Numbered from the stretch's first letter, positions 1 through 8,920 are shown. The stretch: DNA of 64,000 nt from Candidatus Iainarchaeum sp. (GCA_030688545.1 JAUYHT010000008.1:84608-148607), one strand, 5' to 3'. Translations and numbers: made by a program. The notes: generated from the letters alone by a model not told the origin.

Positions 1-234
1 CACATCCACCTTCTTCCGCTCATCGGAGATGATGCCCTTGAGTTCGCCCAGGCGCCCATGCACCTCGTTGAACTCCAATCCTTCTTTCTTGTAGCGGTCC
101 TTCATCCGCTCAACAATTTTCTCAATCTGCTTCTCCTGAATCACATCCTCATTGGCGGATTCGAGAAAGCCCTTTCGCTTCTTCTTTTTCTGCTCCTCAA
201 TCCGTTCACGGATACCGGAGATGTCGGCGGGCAT
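1..234 (-). CDS. hypothetical coiled-coil protein, partial (3' end beyond window start); translated MPADISGIRERIEEQKKKKRKGF...
   Basis: Reverse-strand ORF read manually. Its ATG (234..232) overlaps the TGA stop of the upstream ATPase gene (ATGA coupling). Charged helical composition; no recognisable family. Confidence 0.45.
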   Translation of the reverse strand, partial: MPADISGIRERIEEQKKKKRKGFLESANEDVIQEKQIEKIVERMKDRYKKEGLEFNEVHGRLGELKGIISDERKKVDV

Positions 235-2060
235 CAGAGTTCCCCCACGTACTGCTGGGCGGCATGCGACACATCCGCCATATCCCTTAACCCGCGATCC
301 ACCATACTTTGGAGGAAACGTTCCCGACGTTTTAATTCTGCCTCCAATTCCTCCACGGATTTGCCGGATAGGGAGGAAAGCCGGTCTAAATACTGAACGG
401 GAAGGCTGGAACGCTGGAGCTCATCCTTGATGGGATCCCAGGAGAACACCGCATGAGTTTTTGGTTTTCCCTCGATGACCCCCGTGACCTCTGAAATCTC
501 GGTGATGCGGCGATAGGAACCGCGATGGGCTGAATGAAAGAGGTTTTCAACAATCACAAAATTCAAGCCGGAGAGCATGGCCTGGGGAACATCCATGGGG
601 GGACTAGTCACGCGCACTAATGTTTCGGCCGCGGAGTTGGCGTGGATGGTTCCTAAACTACCATCATGTCCCGTATTCATGGCGGTGAACAAGGAGAAGG
701 CCTCGTTGTGCCGCACTTCCCCCACGATGATACGATCGGGACGCATGCGCAGGGAATTTTTAGTAAGGATGTCCAGGGTGATTTCCCCTTTCCCCTCCAA
801 CCCGGGAGGACGCCCTTCCAGGCGGATCCAGTGACGGAGGGGAAGGTTTAATTCAGACGTGTCCTCGATGGAAATGACGCGTTCGCTGGCGGGGATGAAG
901 GAACATAAGACGTTCAACAAGGTTGTCTTCCCTGAACTCGTGCCCCCGGATATCAGCATGTTGGCGGGTTGCGTGCGCATCCCATCGACGCACAACCAAA
1001 GGAAGGCAGCGGACTCCACGTTCAACGTTTTGTAGGAAATGAGGTCGATTAAAGAATAAGGGTCCTCCCTGAATTTTCGCACCGTCAATGTGGAACCTGA
1101 AACCGAGGCGGGAGGAATGGTGGCATTCACGCGCGACCCATCGAGGAGACGCGCATCCAAAAGAGGAGAGGAGATGTCCACGCGTCGTCCTATCTCCCGG
1201 GCGATACGGTTGATGATGTCTTCAATTTCCCCATCACTTGAGAACTGCACATTGGTCATCATCATGTCGTATTTACGATGAAAAACATACACGGGTTGAG
1301 TGGGACCGATGACCATTATTTCCTCGAGGAGATCATCCTTGATCAGGGCATCAATCAACCCATAACCCACCATCTCGGAGACTACTGCTTCCGCATAAAA
1401 GGAGAACTTATGGGAAGGAACCTTCAATTCGGGGGAAACGCGCAGGATGTCCTTGACCTGTTGGGCGTAGACATTGCGCTTCTGGATGGGATCACGAATA
1501 CGGTAGGGGGTGATGCTGATGAGACGGGTCGTGGCCTCTTTCAAGGTGTTGATGATGGCGCGCTCGCTGATGGTGGGACGGGCGACGGGCACCCAATAGT
1601 AGAGCAGAGGCTCATCCTGGACGCGGTAAATCTTGGTTTCCCCATATTCCTCCAATAATGTCTTGGGCTTCCCCTCCATGACCTGCTCGAAAGAGGTTTC
1701 GGATGCGGTTTGAGCATCCTTGAATGATTGCACCAACCCTTTTGTTGGGAGAGCGAGATCTTCCTTGAGGGGGGGCAAGGAAATGTTTTGGGGGGAATCT
1801 TGCGGGAGGGAGGCGGGAGCGGGAGCGTTTTCCGTGGGGGAAGCATTGGAGGGAATGGAAGAACGGAGCTGATTGATTTTCTGGAGGAGCGCATCCAGGT
1901 TTTCAGGCTGCGTAGGAGGGGGAATTTCATCCGCGACCCGGGAGACGAGGGGTTTGGAAGAGGAAGCGGAGGGCGGAGTGGAAGGGGGTTTGGCTCCCTT
2001 GCCGGTTACCAAGTCCTTAAGGTAATCTTTAGTAGATTTGCCAGCCATATATGCTCCCAC
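234..2060 (-). CDS. type II/IV secretion-system ATPase (archaeal FlaI/TadA-like, VirB11 superfamily) with Pro/Ser-rich N-terminal extension
   Basis: Walker A GGTSSGKTTLLN, Walker B-like region and conserved C-terminal ...GEVRHNEAFSLFTAMNTGHDGSLGTIHAN typical of GspE/FlaI ATPases. The first ~110 aa are a P/S/T-rich low-complexity segment. Confidence 0.85.
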   Translation of the reverse strand: MGAYMAGKSTKDYLKDLVTGKGAKPPSTPPSASSSKPLVSRVADEIPPPTQPENLDALLQKINQLRSSIPSNASPTENAPAPASLPQDSPQNISLPPLKEDLALPTKGLVQSFKDAQTASETSFEQVMEGKPKTLLEEYGETKIYRVQDEPLLYYWVPVARPTISERAIINTLKEATTRLISITPYRIRDPIQKRNVYAQQVKDILRVSPELKVPSHKFSFYAEAVVSEMVGYGLIDALIKDDLLEEIMVIGPTQPVYVFHRKYDMMMTNVQFSSDGEIEDIINRIAREIGRRVDISSPLLDARLLDGSRVNATIPPASVSGSTLTVRKFREDPYSLIDLISYKTLNVESAAFLWLCVDGMRTQPANMLISGGTSSGKTTLLNVLCSFIPASERVISIEDTSELNLPLRHWIRLEGRPPGLEGKGEITLDILTKNSLRMRPDRIIVGEVRHNEAFSLFTAMNTGHDGSLGTIHANSAAETLVRVTSPPMDVPQAMLSGLNFVIVENLFHSAHRGSYRRITEISEVTGVIEGKPKTHAVFSWDPIKDELQRSSLPVQYLDRLSSLSGKSVEELEAELKRRERFLQSMVDRGLRDMADVSHAAQQYVGEL

Positions 2061-2176
2061 GGGAAGGAAGAATTGGCCTATATAAAGGCGAGTTTTGGGG
2101 GGAAAAGAAGGAAAGGAGGGAAGGCCCCCGTTTAAATAGAAGAAGGGAATGGTGGGAGAAGCAGGAGCGTGGAACG

Positions 2177-2602
2177 ATGCGACGCATCATGGTTTTCCGG
2201 TTGGGTTCAAGGGATGTTCATTTACCGAAGCTCTTCGGAGCATTCATCATGCTCGCCGCCACGCTCATGCTTTTGCAATCCCTGACAAGTATGTTTGGGT
2301 CATGGGAAAACGTGAAGGAAATCCATGGGTGTATCGATGCCGCCAACGCGGGGGCCGCGAGCATCACCACGTGCCAGACCCAAGCGTATTATGCGTTCGG
2401 AATATTATTGCGCGCGGGACAATACAGATTAACGGATATGCAGATCGCATCTGGATTACTGACGCCCATTGCGATGGTGTTCTTCTGGGTCGCCATGCTG
2501 ATCATCGGGGTCGCGTTCTACCGCTCCTGGCGGATGACGTTGCCGGTGGAAGAAAATACTTTTCGAGTGAAATCATCAGCGACATGGAAGAAGAAGCGAT
2601 AA
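2177..2602 (+). CDS. small integral membrane protein (about 141 aa)
   Basis: Internal ATG of listed ORF 2051..2602. Several hydrophobic segments (FGAFIMLAATLMLLQ, IAMVFFWVAMLIIGVAF). Lies between two minus-strand genes. Confidence 0.35.
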   Translation: MRRIMVFRLGSRDVHLPKLFGAFIMLAATLMLLQSLTSMFGSWENVKEIHGCIDAANAGAASITTCQTQAYYAFGILLRAGQYRLTDMQIASGLLTPIAMVFFWVAMLIIGVAFYRSWRMTLPVEENTFRVKSSATWKKKR

Positions 2603-2674
2603 AAAAAGAATGGGGGGAAAATGGCCCCCCGGTTATTTTTTATTTGATATTGGTTGGATTAGATGACGGAATGC

Positions 2675-4147
2675 TCATTCCAAAACCAATGTTTTCACGG
2701 GCGAATCCGCGAATTTCCCACGCTTCACGCCCACAACTAGATCAACACCGGCCTTTCCCGCGGCATCGACGAGACGCTTGGTGATGATCCCATCGTACAC
2801 GATGACATGGACGTTTTTGGCATCCTTCAATTTGGCCACGAGGGTGCGCACGGGAACCTCTTCCAACACCTTATGTTTGGCATCCAAGAAAAGGGAAATC
2901 TTCTTCCCCTTTACCTTTTCGAGGAAAGGGAAATAGGCCCCCTTTTCTTCAGACGAGATGATGGGCGCCGATTCGGTGACGCTCGGTATGTCAAAGGTGG
3001 GGAGCTTTTCCCTGTTGGATGGTTGGAAGGAACGACGCTCGCTTTCATGGGTTGGTGGTTGAGGAACATCCCCAAACGTGCGGTGAATGCGCACCGGTCC
3101 GCGAGTGGAAGGAGGGTGGCGGCCGGCTTTCCGCGGATCCATCCCGGATGGGGGGCTGATATCGCGGAAATGAGTTTGAGTCCCCAATCCCGGGGTGGGG
3201 CGTCTGAACCCTACTGCGGGGGAAGGAGCAGGCCATTGGGAAAAAGTTGGTTGGGGGGTATCCGGGCGGCGCTCAGGAAAGGAACGCTGGCTCCTCCCTA
3301 ACTCGCGAGAGGAAACCCCTTGGTCCTGCAAGAACTCCTCAATTACCCGGCGGCGGCGGAGGGCCTGGATGATCTCCTTCTGCTGGAGCTCCTCCACTTC
3401 CTTCCCATCGGGGGCCTGCGCCACCGTTTCGACGCGGGCCAATTGGATGAGCTTGCGCGCATTCAATACTCCCCCACGATCGCCATCCACAAAGAGGACG
3501 AGGGGCTTACGCTTGGAGAGGGCAATGATATCGGATGCAATTTTTGATCCTCCCATTCCAATGACGTTTTTGAAGCCATGACGGAGTAAATTCAAAACGT
3601 CCGCACGACCTTCCACCACAATCACTTCCTCCGCCGTGTCAATATCGGGACCCGCGGGAAGTTTTTCCCGGCCGTACTCCACGAGGTTGCCCACGCGGAG
3701 CTGGGAACGAATTTCCTGAGTTAGAGTATCTATTTCGGGAGCGGAATCCAGCTTCATGCGCTGCAACAGCTCCTTGGCCCGCTTGGCGATGTCATCGCGC
3801 TTGCTCTTGCGCACATCATCAATGGTTTGAGTGACAAAGCTGGATTCGCAGGGACCCACTTTGTCCACGGTTTCGATGGCGGCCGCCAATACGGAGGTCT
3901 CCGCCATGTCCATGGAGGTGGGCACATGAATCTCTCCCGAGGTGTTACCCCCATCCTGGCGGACGGACACTTCAATCCGACCGACACGCCCCTTTTTCTG
4001 GAGCTCACGGAGATCCATTTCCTCACCTAAAAGGCCTTCGGATTGCCCAAAGACCGCGCCCACGATATCGGGCTTGTCGACGATGCCTTTGATTTGAAAT
4101 TTAATCTTGATGAGGTACTTGACCGCATCCACATATGTTTTTGCCAT
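2675..4147 (-). CDS. dnaG: archaeal DnaG-type primase (TOPRIM domain) with internal Pro-rich insertion
   Basis: N-terminal archaeal DnaG region, then TOPRIM segment (EVIVVEGRADVLNLLRHGFKNVIGMGG, LFVDGDRGG). An ~90-aa P/S/T-rich low-complexity insert (about 3050-3330) precedes a conserved C-terminal region. Confidence 0.85.
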   Translation of the reverse strand: MAKTYVDAVKYLIKIKFQIKGIVDKPDIVGAVFGQSEGLLGEEMDLRELQKKGRVGRIEVSVRQDGGNTSGEIHVPTSMDMAETSVLAAAIETVDKVGPCESSFVTQTIDDVRKSKRDDIAKRAKELLQRMKLDSAPEIDTLTQEIRSQLRVGNLVEYGREKLPAGPDIDTAEEVIVVEGRADVLNLLRHGFKNVIGMGGSKIASDIIALSKRKPLVLFVDGDRGGVLNARKLIQLARVETVAQAPDGKEVEELQQKEIIQALRRRRVIEEFLQDQGVSSRELGRSQRSFPERRPDTPQPTFSQWPAPSPAVGFRRPTPGLGTQTHFRDISPPSGMDPRKAGRHPPSTRGPVRIHRTFGDVPQPPTHESERRSFQPSNREKLPTFDIPSVTESAPIISSEEKGAYFPFLEKVKGKKISLFLDAKHKVLEEVPVRTLVAKLKDAKNVHVIVYDGIITKRLVDAAGKAGVDLVVGVKRGKFADSPVKTLVLE

Positions 4148-4171
4148 GTTGGTATCACTCGCAGTGTTTGT

Positions 4172-4492
4172 TCAGTTTTCTTTTGGAAGACGTCGGCGGG
4201 CGAGTACGCGAAACAGGTCGCGTTGAGAAAGGCCTATTTCAAGCACCTTGCGGTGGGAGGAATGGCCCCTCACGATGTTGGTGGGCGCGCCCAACAGGCG
4301 CGCGCATTCGTGTTCTATTTCACGATTAGCCAACCCGCCTTGAGGGGACGCATGGACGTGGAGAATCCATTCTCCGGTCCAGGCATCCGGTTCAACAAAA
4401 CCGAAGACAGGTTTCCGAGTTCGAACCCGGACCCGTAAAAGGGTTTTATTGGAAACAGGTTTGAGGCCACCTAGTGAATAAACGTGAATCAT
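4172..4492 (-). CDS. DUF167 (YggU/UPF0235) family protein
   Basis: Motif ILHVHASPQGGLANREIEHECARLLGA....IVRGHSSHRKVLEI matches DUF167 signature (PxGGxAN ... G..sr.K.v.I). The start is uncertain because the ORF extends to 4612. Confidence 0.6.
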   Translation of the reverse strand: MIHVYSLGGLKPVSNKTLLRVRVRTRKPVFGFVEPDAWTGEWILHVHASPQGGLANREIEHECARLLGAPTNIVRGHSSHRKVLEIGLSQRDLFRVLARRRLPKEN

Positions 4493-4605
4493 CAATTGCC
4501 CGCCCGAGCGGACTTCTATCAATAATGGCTGGAATGGGTTTTTTAAACAAAATGGCATTTGGGGGCGAAAAAGGCCCTTAAATAGGCCAAAAGGATAGGG
4601 GGGGT

Positions 4606-5025
4606 ATGACATTCTACACCAAGGGAGCTAATGCCGAAAGGGAATTATTGATGCTCCTTTATGCCGCGGGAATGGCCGTTTGTCGGGCCGCGGGATCGGG
4701 AAAAGGGAAGAATAACATCCCCACTCCCGATGCTATCGCTTTGCGGGGAGGGAAGATCTATGCATTCGAATGCAAGGCCTGGAAGAAAGGGAGCCTGCAC
4801 ATCTCCCACCAGCAGATGAATGATTTGGAGGCATGGTGCGGAATGGCGGGAGCGGAGTTGGTGATCGCGTGGAAGATCCCCCGGAAAGGGTGGTGGTTTT
4901 TCACCAAAAAGGATTTGCGGCCACTGGAGAAGAGCTATGGAATAACGCAAGGAGAAGCGTTTGCCAAGGGGAAGCGAATCGCGCACTTTACGCATGTTCC
5001 ACTAGTGGTGGGGGAACTGACGTAG
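4606..5025 (+). CDS. hjc: Holliday junction resolvase Hjc (PD-(D/E)xK nuclease)
   Basis: N-terminal KGANAERELLMLLYAAG...RAAGSG and catalytic PDAIALRGGKIYAFECKAWK (D...ExK) are typical of archaeal Hjc; about 139 aa. Confidence 0.85.
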   Translation: MTFYTKGANAERELLMLLYAAGMAVCRAAGSGKGKNNIPTPDAIALRGGKIYAFECKAWKKGSLHISHQQMNDLEAWCGMAGAELVIAWKIPRKGWWFFTKKDLRPLEKSYGITQGEAFAKGKRIAHFTHVPLVVGELT

Positions 5026-5055
5026 GCTTAAATGCCTGTAGGAGGGGAATAGGGT

Positions 5056-5214
5056 ATGGAACCCCTGGAAGTCATCATTGAGGAATTAGAACAACTGCGG
5101 AACAAACAACCCTCCTACCGGGCCCGCGTGTACCTGGAATGGGCTATTGAGAATCTGAACAAATTCGACACCCTTGAAAAAGAAGGGATTGTCAATCGAA
5201 GCAAGAAGCAGTGA
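5056..5214 (+). CDS. small ORF (52 aa) with strong upstream GGAGGGG ribosome-binding site
   Basis: Not in ORF track (<60 aa). ATG at 5056 is preceded by GGAGGGG at 5041-5047. Translation MEPLEVIIEELEQLRNKQPSYRARVYLEWAIENLNKFDTLEKEGIVNRSKKQ. Confidence 0.35.
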   Translation: MEPLEVIIEELEQLRNKQPSYRARVYLEWAIENLNKFDTLEKEGIVNRSKKQ

Positions 5215-5252
5215 TTATTCCATTGAAAAAAATATTACTCCATTGAAAAAAA
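5214..5252 (-). terminator. tandem 19-nt direct repeat (attattccattgaaaaaaa / attactccattgaaaaaaa) giving two oligo-T tracts on minus strand; putative archaeal oligo-T terminator(s) in convergent intergenic region
   Basis: Seen directly in sequence between the convergent 5056..5214(+) and 5286..5972(-) genes. Confidence 0.3.
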
Positions 5253-5285
5253 CCCTAATTGCAAATCTTCTTGGCCCGGCATGCC

Positions 5286-5972
5286 TCACACCAGCGTAGC
5301 GACGAACATTAGAGTGACCCCGATCATGCCCATGACGATGAAGATGAGCACGGAATCGATGGCGATGGTGGCGCCGAAGTTGACGATGAAGAGGTAGAGG
5401 TCGGCGAGGATGAAGAGCAATCCTACTCCCAGGAGGAGCATGCTGGTGAGCCTGTTCTGCGTGCCGATGCCGCGGAGTTTTATTTCATCCTGGTCAACCT
5501 TGACCTGCTGCATATCCTTCCCCAATTCATTCACGCGCATGCGGATGCGCTCGGAGAGATCAGTGAATTTCTGGACCACATCCACTGTCTGAGTTTCAAA
5601 GGTACGGCGCTGCTTGGAGACCTCATTCTCATAGGATTGGAGATCGGCTTTGATCTGCTCGAACATCTGGTGGCCCACGGCCTGCATGGAGGTTTGGGTT
5701 TCCTTCTGAATGAATTGCTTGAGGGCCTCTTTCTCCTTTTCGACGTCCAGCTTGACGAGCTTGTTAATTTCGTTCTGGAGGAGAGCGAAGGTATCGGCCT
5801 GGGCGAGGAGGAGGAGACGCTGGGCCTTCTTGGGTTCGACCCCCAATTGGTTGAGGGTTTGGATGATGGCATCCTCGGATTCGCCCTCGCGCACCATGTT
5901 CTGGATAATTTCAATGATGCTGGGAGGCGTTCCGGGTTTGGGGGTGGTTTGAGTAGGAGGAATCGAGGGCAT
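5286..5972 (-). CDS. coiled-coil protein with C-terminal double transmembrane anchor (hypothetical)
   Basis: Long heptad-like charged region, then two hydrophobic helices (LLLGVGLLFILADLYLFIV, IFIVMGMIGVTLMFVATLV). Confidence 0.55.
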   Translation of the reverse strand: MPSIPPTQTTPKPGTPPSIIEIIQNMVREGESEDAIIQTLNQLGVEPKKAQRLLLLAQADTFALLQNEINKLVKLDVEKEKEALKQFIQKETQTSMQAVGHQMFEQIKADLQSYENEVSKQRRTFETQTVDVVQKFTDLSERIRMRVNELGKDMQQVKVDQDEIKLRGIGTQNRLTSMLLLGVGLLFILADLYLFIVNFGATIAIDSVLIFIVMGMIGVTLMFVATLV

Positions 5973-5978
5973 GGAGGG

Positions 5979-6695
5979 TCACCCGGAGGGAGCATCGCCA
6001 TTCGCACCATTCTCGACGAGGAAGATGTCGAGCACGTGGGCCTGCTCCACGATCACGAGGGTCTGATTCAAAACGCGTATATTAAGGGATAGGTCTTTCG
6101 CCTCGGAGGAGGGGGTAAAGGGAAGAGTGACGGAGGCGCATGTCCCGGGCTGTATAGTCCAGGATTGGGGGGAGGGATTGGGAGCGATGGAGGAATCACT
6201 GAGACGCAACTCCACGCGAAGAGGAATGGGAAAATTTTCCTGATTGCATGCCCGAACAACGGGTTCCACGGGAACATCCACGAAACCAAAATCGGGATAT
6301 GAAAACGTGAGGAGCACATTGGGGGGCACTTGATTGGCCCGGGCGGCGATCACGAGCTGTTGGGATAAATGATAGGGGGCGGAGGCCTCGAGGACGATAA
6401 ACCCCTGGTCGGCATACTCGGGGAGGAGCAGCACGGGGATTTGGTCTTCGGGTTGCAAGGAGGGAATATGGTGGAGGGGGATCTTCTCCCCCGCTTTCAC
6501 GTATACGATTTGGATGTCTCGAATGAGGTGGACGGATTCATTGCGGATAGTTACAATGCCATCCTGGTTGGTGGGATCGGGATGCAAGGAGAGACCGGTG
6601 TTGAAGGAGAAGAAATAGAGGAGGGCGAGGCCGAAGACGAGGTAGAGGACAATCATCACGCGCACGACGCGCTTGCGCCGGTCTTCGGGGAGCAT
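5979..6695 (-). CDS. membrane-anchored hypothetical protein (N-terminal signal anchor)
   Basis: Internal start MLPEDRRKRVVRVMIVLYLVFGLALLYFF chosen to avoid overlap with the upstream GTPase gene. The larger ORF runs 5979..6791. Confidence 0.5.
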   Translation of the reverse strand: MLPEDRRKRVVRVMIVLYLVFGLALLYFFSFNTGLSLHPDPTNQDGIVTIRNESVHLIRDIQIVYVKAGEKIPLHHIPSLQPEDQIPVLLLPEYADQGFIVLEASAPYHLSQQLVIAARANQVPPNVLLTFSYPDFGFVDVPVEPVVRACNQENFPIPLRVELRLSDSSIAPNPSPQSWTIQPGTCASVTLPFTPSSEAKDLSLNIRVLNQTLVIVEQAHVLDIFLVENGANGDAPSG

Positions 6696-6717
6696 GCGAG
6701 AAAAAAGATTGGACGCT

Positions 6718-7491
6718 TTAATTGGCTTTCCCTGGAAAAATGGGTTTAGCGCCCTGCTGCCAATCCAGGAGGAGCTTGAGGGCCATGGCACGGGTATCAG
6801 GCAACCCCCCCTTCCGGAGACGATTGAGTTTTACCGCTAGATTTTCGAGGCACTCATATCCATCCGCCCCTTCGAGGTCTACACCGTATTGGCGTTGAAT
6901 CCACGTGCCCCAATGGGGATGGGTAGGCAACCATTCGAGCAATTGCTCAGCGGCCGTCTGAGGATTTTTTACCTGGTTGGGGGATTTAGCATTCACTAAT
7001 ACGAGACGGAATTCATCGCGTTCAGCCAGGGGAATAACCCCAGGTGTGTCAAGGAGGTAAGTATCCTCTTTCAGCTTGATCATGCTCCGCCCTCGCGTGA
7101 AACCGGCTTGTTTGGAGGTGGGGGCGGCATGGCGGCCGGCGAGAGCATTGATGACGCAGGACTTCCCGGCATTGGGATAGCCGACAACCGCTATTTTGCC
7201 CCCATGAGGGAGGAGGGAGAATAGGAGGGTGCGGAGGAGACGGATGTTTTTTTTGGGAGTGCAGGAGATAGAGACAATTTTCAGGTCGTCCGAAAAGGTG
7301 CGGGTGACGCGGGGAATATCCTTGGGAAGCAGATCCATCTTGTTGAGGATGAGCACCACTATTTTTCCGCGACGCACCAGCTCCTTCTCGAGCGGGCGGT
7401 TCTGCATGATGTCGGCGAAACGGGCGTCGACTACTTCCAGGACGACATCGGCCTCTTTGATGGCCGCGAAAGCGTGCTTGGCGAGACCCAT
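6718..7491 (-). CDS. circularly permuted GTPase (YlqF/RbgA/Nug1-like ribosome-biogenesis GTPase family)
   Basis: G4 (NKMD) precedes G1 (GYPNAGKS) and G3 (DTPG), the permuted order diagnostic of the YlqF/YawG family. Confidence 0.8.
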   Translation of the reverse strand: MGLAKHAFAAIKEADVVLEVVDARFADIMQNRPLEKELVRRGKIVVLILNKMDLLPKDIPRVTRTFSDDLKIVSISCTPKKNIRLLRTLLFSLLPHGGKIAVVGYPNAGKSCVINALAGRHAAPTSKQAGFTRGRSMIKLKEDTYLLDTPGVIPLAERDEFRLVLVNAKSPNQVKNPQTAAEQLLEWLPTHPHWGTWIQRQYGVDLEGADGYECLENLAVKLNRLRKGGLPDTRAMALKLLLDWQQGAKPIFPGKAN

Positions 7492-7503
7492 TAGGAAAAA
7501 AGG

Positions 7504-7857
7504 TTAAAGCAGCTTTAAATGACCCGTGTATTTGTCCACATCCGACTCCCGGGCGGGACCAATGCCAATACAGGTTTTAGTGCCAGGAGTTACTTGCGTG
7601 TGACCCGCGTCGGCGATAAGGGCGGAAGGGAAATGGTTCTTCACCTGCTCAAACAAATGAAGCAGCTCTTCCTCGGAAGACACTTTAACCACGATCTTCT
7701 GCGCCCCCTCATCCAACCATTCCTGCCAAGCCGAACCATACTTCCTTTCCTGGGACTTGAGAAAGGCCTGGAGGGACGCATGCGCGCACTGGGCGGCGAG
7801 CTTGCCCTTGCCCAATTTTAAGTCGGAACGAATGACGAGGACTTGAGTGTAAGCCAT
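7504..7857 (-). CDS. pth2: peptidyl-tRNA hydrolase, archaeal type (Pth2)
   Basis: KLGKGKLAAQCAHASL motif and about 117-aa length match the Pth2 family. Confidence 0.85.
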   Translation of the reverse strand: MAYTQVLVIRSDLKLGKGKLAAQCAHASLQAFLKSQERKYGSAWQEWLDEGAQKIVVKVSSEEELLHLFEQVKNHFPSALIADAGHTQVTPGTKTCIGIGPARESDVDKYTGHLKLL

Positions 7858-7900
7858 GATATGAGGAAGAAACTATGATTGGGTAAATAAACGAGGGGGG

Positions 7901-8890
7901 TTACTTTAGGCGGAGTTGAAGATAGTATTGGAATTTTTGGATTATTCTTTTCAATTCTTTGGACATGTTTCCTTTCGACATGCCTAATTCTCTCGCCAAA
8001 TCTTTCGCTAACTCCCCATGACCAAAAAGTCGGATCAACAATATGCGTTCCTCCGGAGGTAATCGACTCAGGGCATATCGAATAGGTTCCGCCCACTCCA
8101 TGCGATTGCTTTGAACTACCGCGGATGGGTCCTCAATGAATTGGCGGATGAGTTGTGAGCGTTCACTCCGCCTTTCGACGGGAACATCCATTGATACTAC
8201 CTTCTTTTTGCGTCGAAGTGTCCCTTGTTGCTCATTTAGAAATTTCCAGCTTTCAAATTTGGCAACCTTTTTCAGGTAGGGATCCAACTCCCCTTTCTCT
8301 GGGTCGTAGAGGAACAAGGCTTCGCACAATTCCATTAAAATGGATTGATAAACTTCCTCACGATGGGGTAAGCGCCACAATTCACGCATGATCAATTCTT
8401 TTTTGGACTCCACTATTTTTATCGCTTCTTCCATGGTCGCGACATTCTTTTTTTCACGGAAAGCCAAAGCGGGATTTTGAAGGATTCCCTCCCGCTCGAG
8501 TGTATTGAGGATGCTCCTGGCTAAATTGGAAGGAAGAGTGGTACGGAGTTCTTCCGCAAATGCCTGGTAAGCGTCTCGGTATTTTTTTCGGTTTTGAACA
8601 TCCAATTTGGGGGCATGTTTAAGGAAAATTTTATGGCCCGTTTCGAGCAAAGCCATTCGGTGGCTGACCTCTTTCTTATATTCTCTTAGGAATTCAGGGA
8701 TCTGTTCCTTGGGAAGAGTGGCCATGATTCCCCTTACCTGCGTGTCGTGGAGCTTTTTGACCAAAGGCGGCCGTTTTCTCTCCTCGCCTCTGCTCCAATG
8801 GGGTATTCTTACTCCTGCCGTCGACTCGAAACGCAACCGTGCCAAATTCTGAGCGGCCCTTTTAGCATTAGGAGTGCGCGAGGGAGGCAT
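7901..8890 (-). CDS. HTH protein with sigma-70 region-4-like C-terminal domain (and possible region-2-like segment)
   Basis: C-terminal ERILLIRLFGHGELAKDLARELGMSKGNMSKELKRIIQKF resembles the sigma-70 r4 / LuxR HTH. The mid-region YQSILMELCEALFLYDPEKGELDPYLKKVAKFESWKFL resembles sigma r2. Confidence 0.6.
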   Translation of the reverse strand: MPPSRTPNAKRAAQNLARLRFESTAGVRIPHWSRGEERKRPPLVKKLHDTQVRGIMATLPKEQIPEFLREYKKEVSHRMALLETGHKIFLKHAPKLDVQNRKKYRDAYQAFAEELRTTLPSNLARSILNTLEREGILQNPALAFREKKNVATMEEAIKIVESKKELIMRELWRLPHREEVYQSILMELCEALFLYDPEKGELDPYLKKVAKFESWKFLNEQQGTLRRKKKVVSMDVPVERRSERSQLIRQFIEDPSAVVQSNRMEWAEPIRYALSRLPPEERILLIRLFGHGELAKDLARELGMSKGNMSKELKRIIQKFQYYLQLRLK

Positions 8891-8910
8891 TATGGTAGAA
8901 CGAATTATCT

Positions 8911-8920
8911 CTATAAAAAT
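8911..8920 (-). promoter_or_regulatory. TATA box (TTTTTATAG on minus strand) about 26 nt upstream of the ATG at 8890; leaderless-type archaeal promoter
   Basis: Sequence and spacing seen directly. Confidence 0.45.

Noticed and set aside
58-430. Plus-strand ORFs 58..396 and 152..430 at the window start
   Set aside because: They lie antisense to the coherent minus-strand genes (coiled-coil partial gene and FlaI-like ATPase). Their low-complexity L/F-rich translations are typical of antisense frames.
5531-6010. ORF 5531..6010 (-), 159 aa, P/S/R-rich
   Set aside because: It is an alternative frame overlapping the better-supported coiled-coil/TM gene 5286..5972, and its composition is typical of an out-of-frame read of a GC-rich gene.
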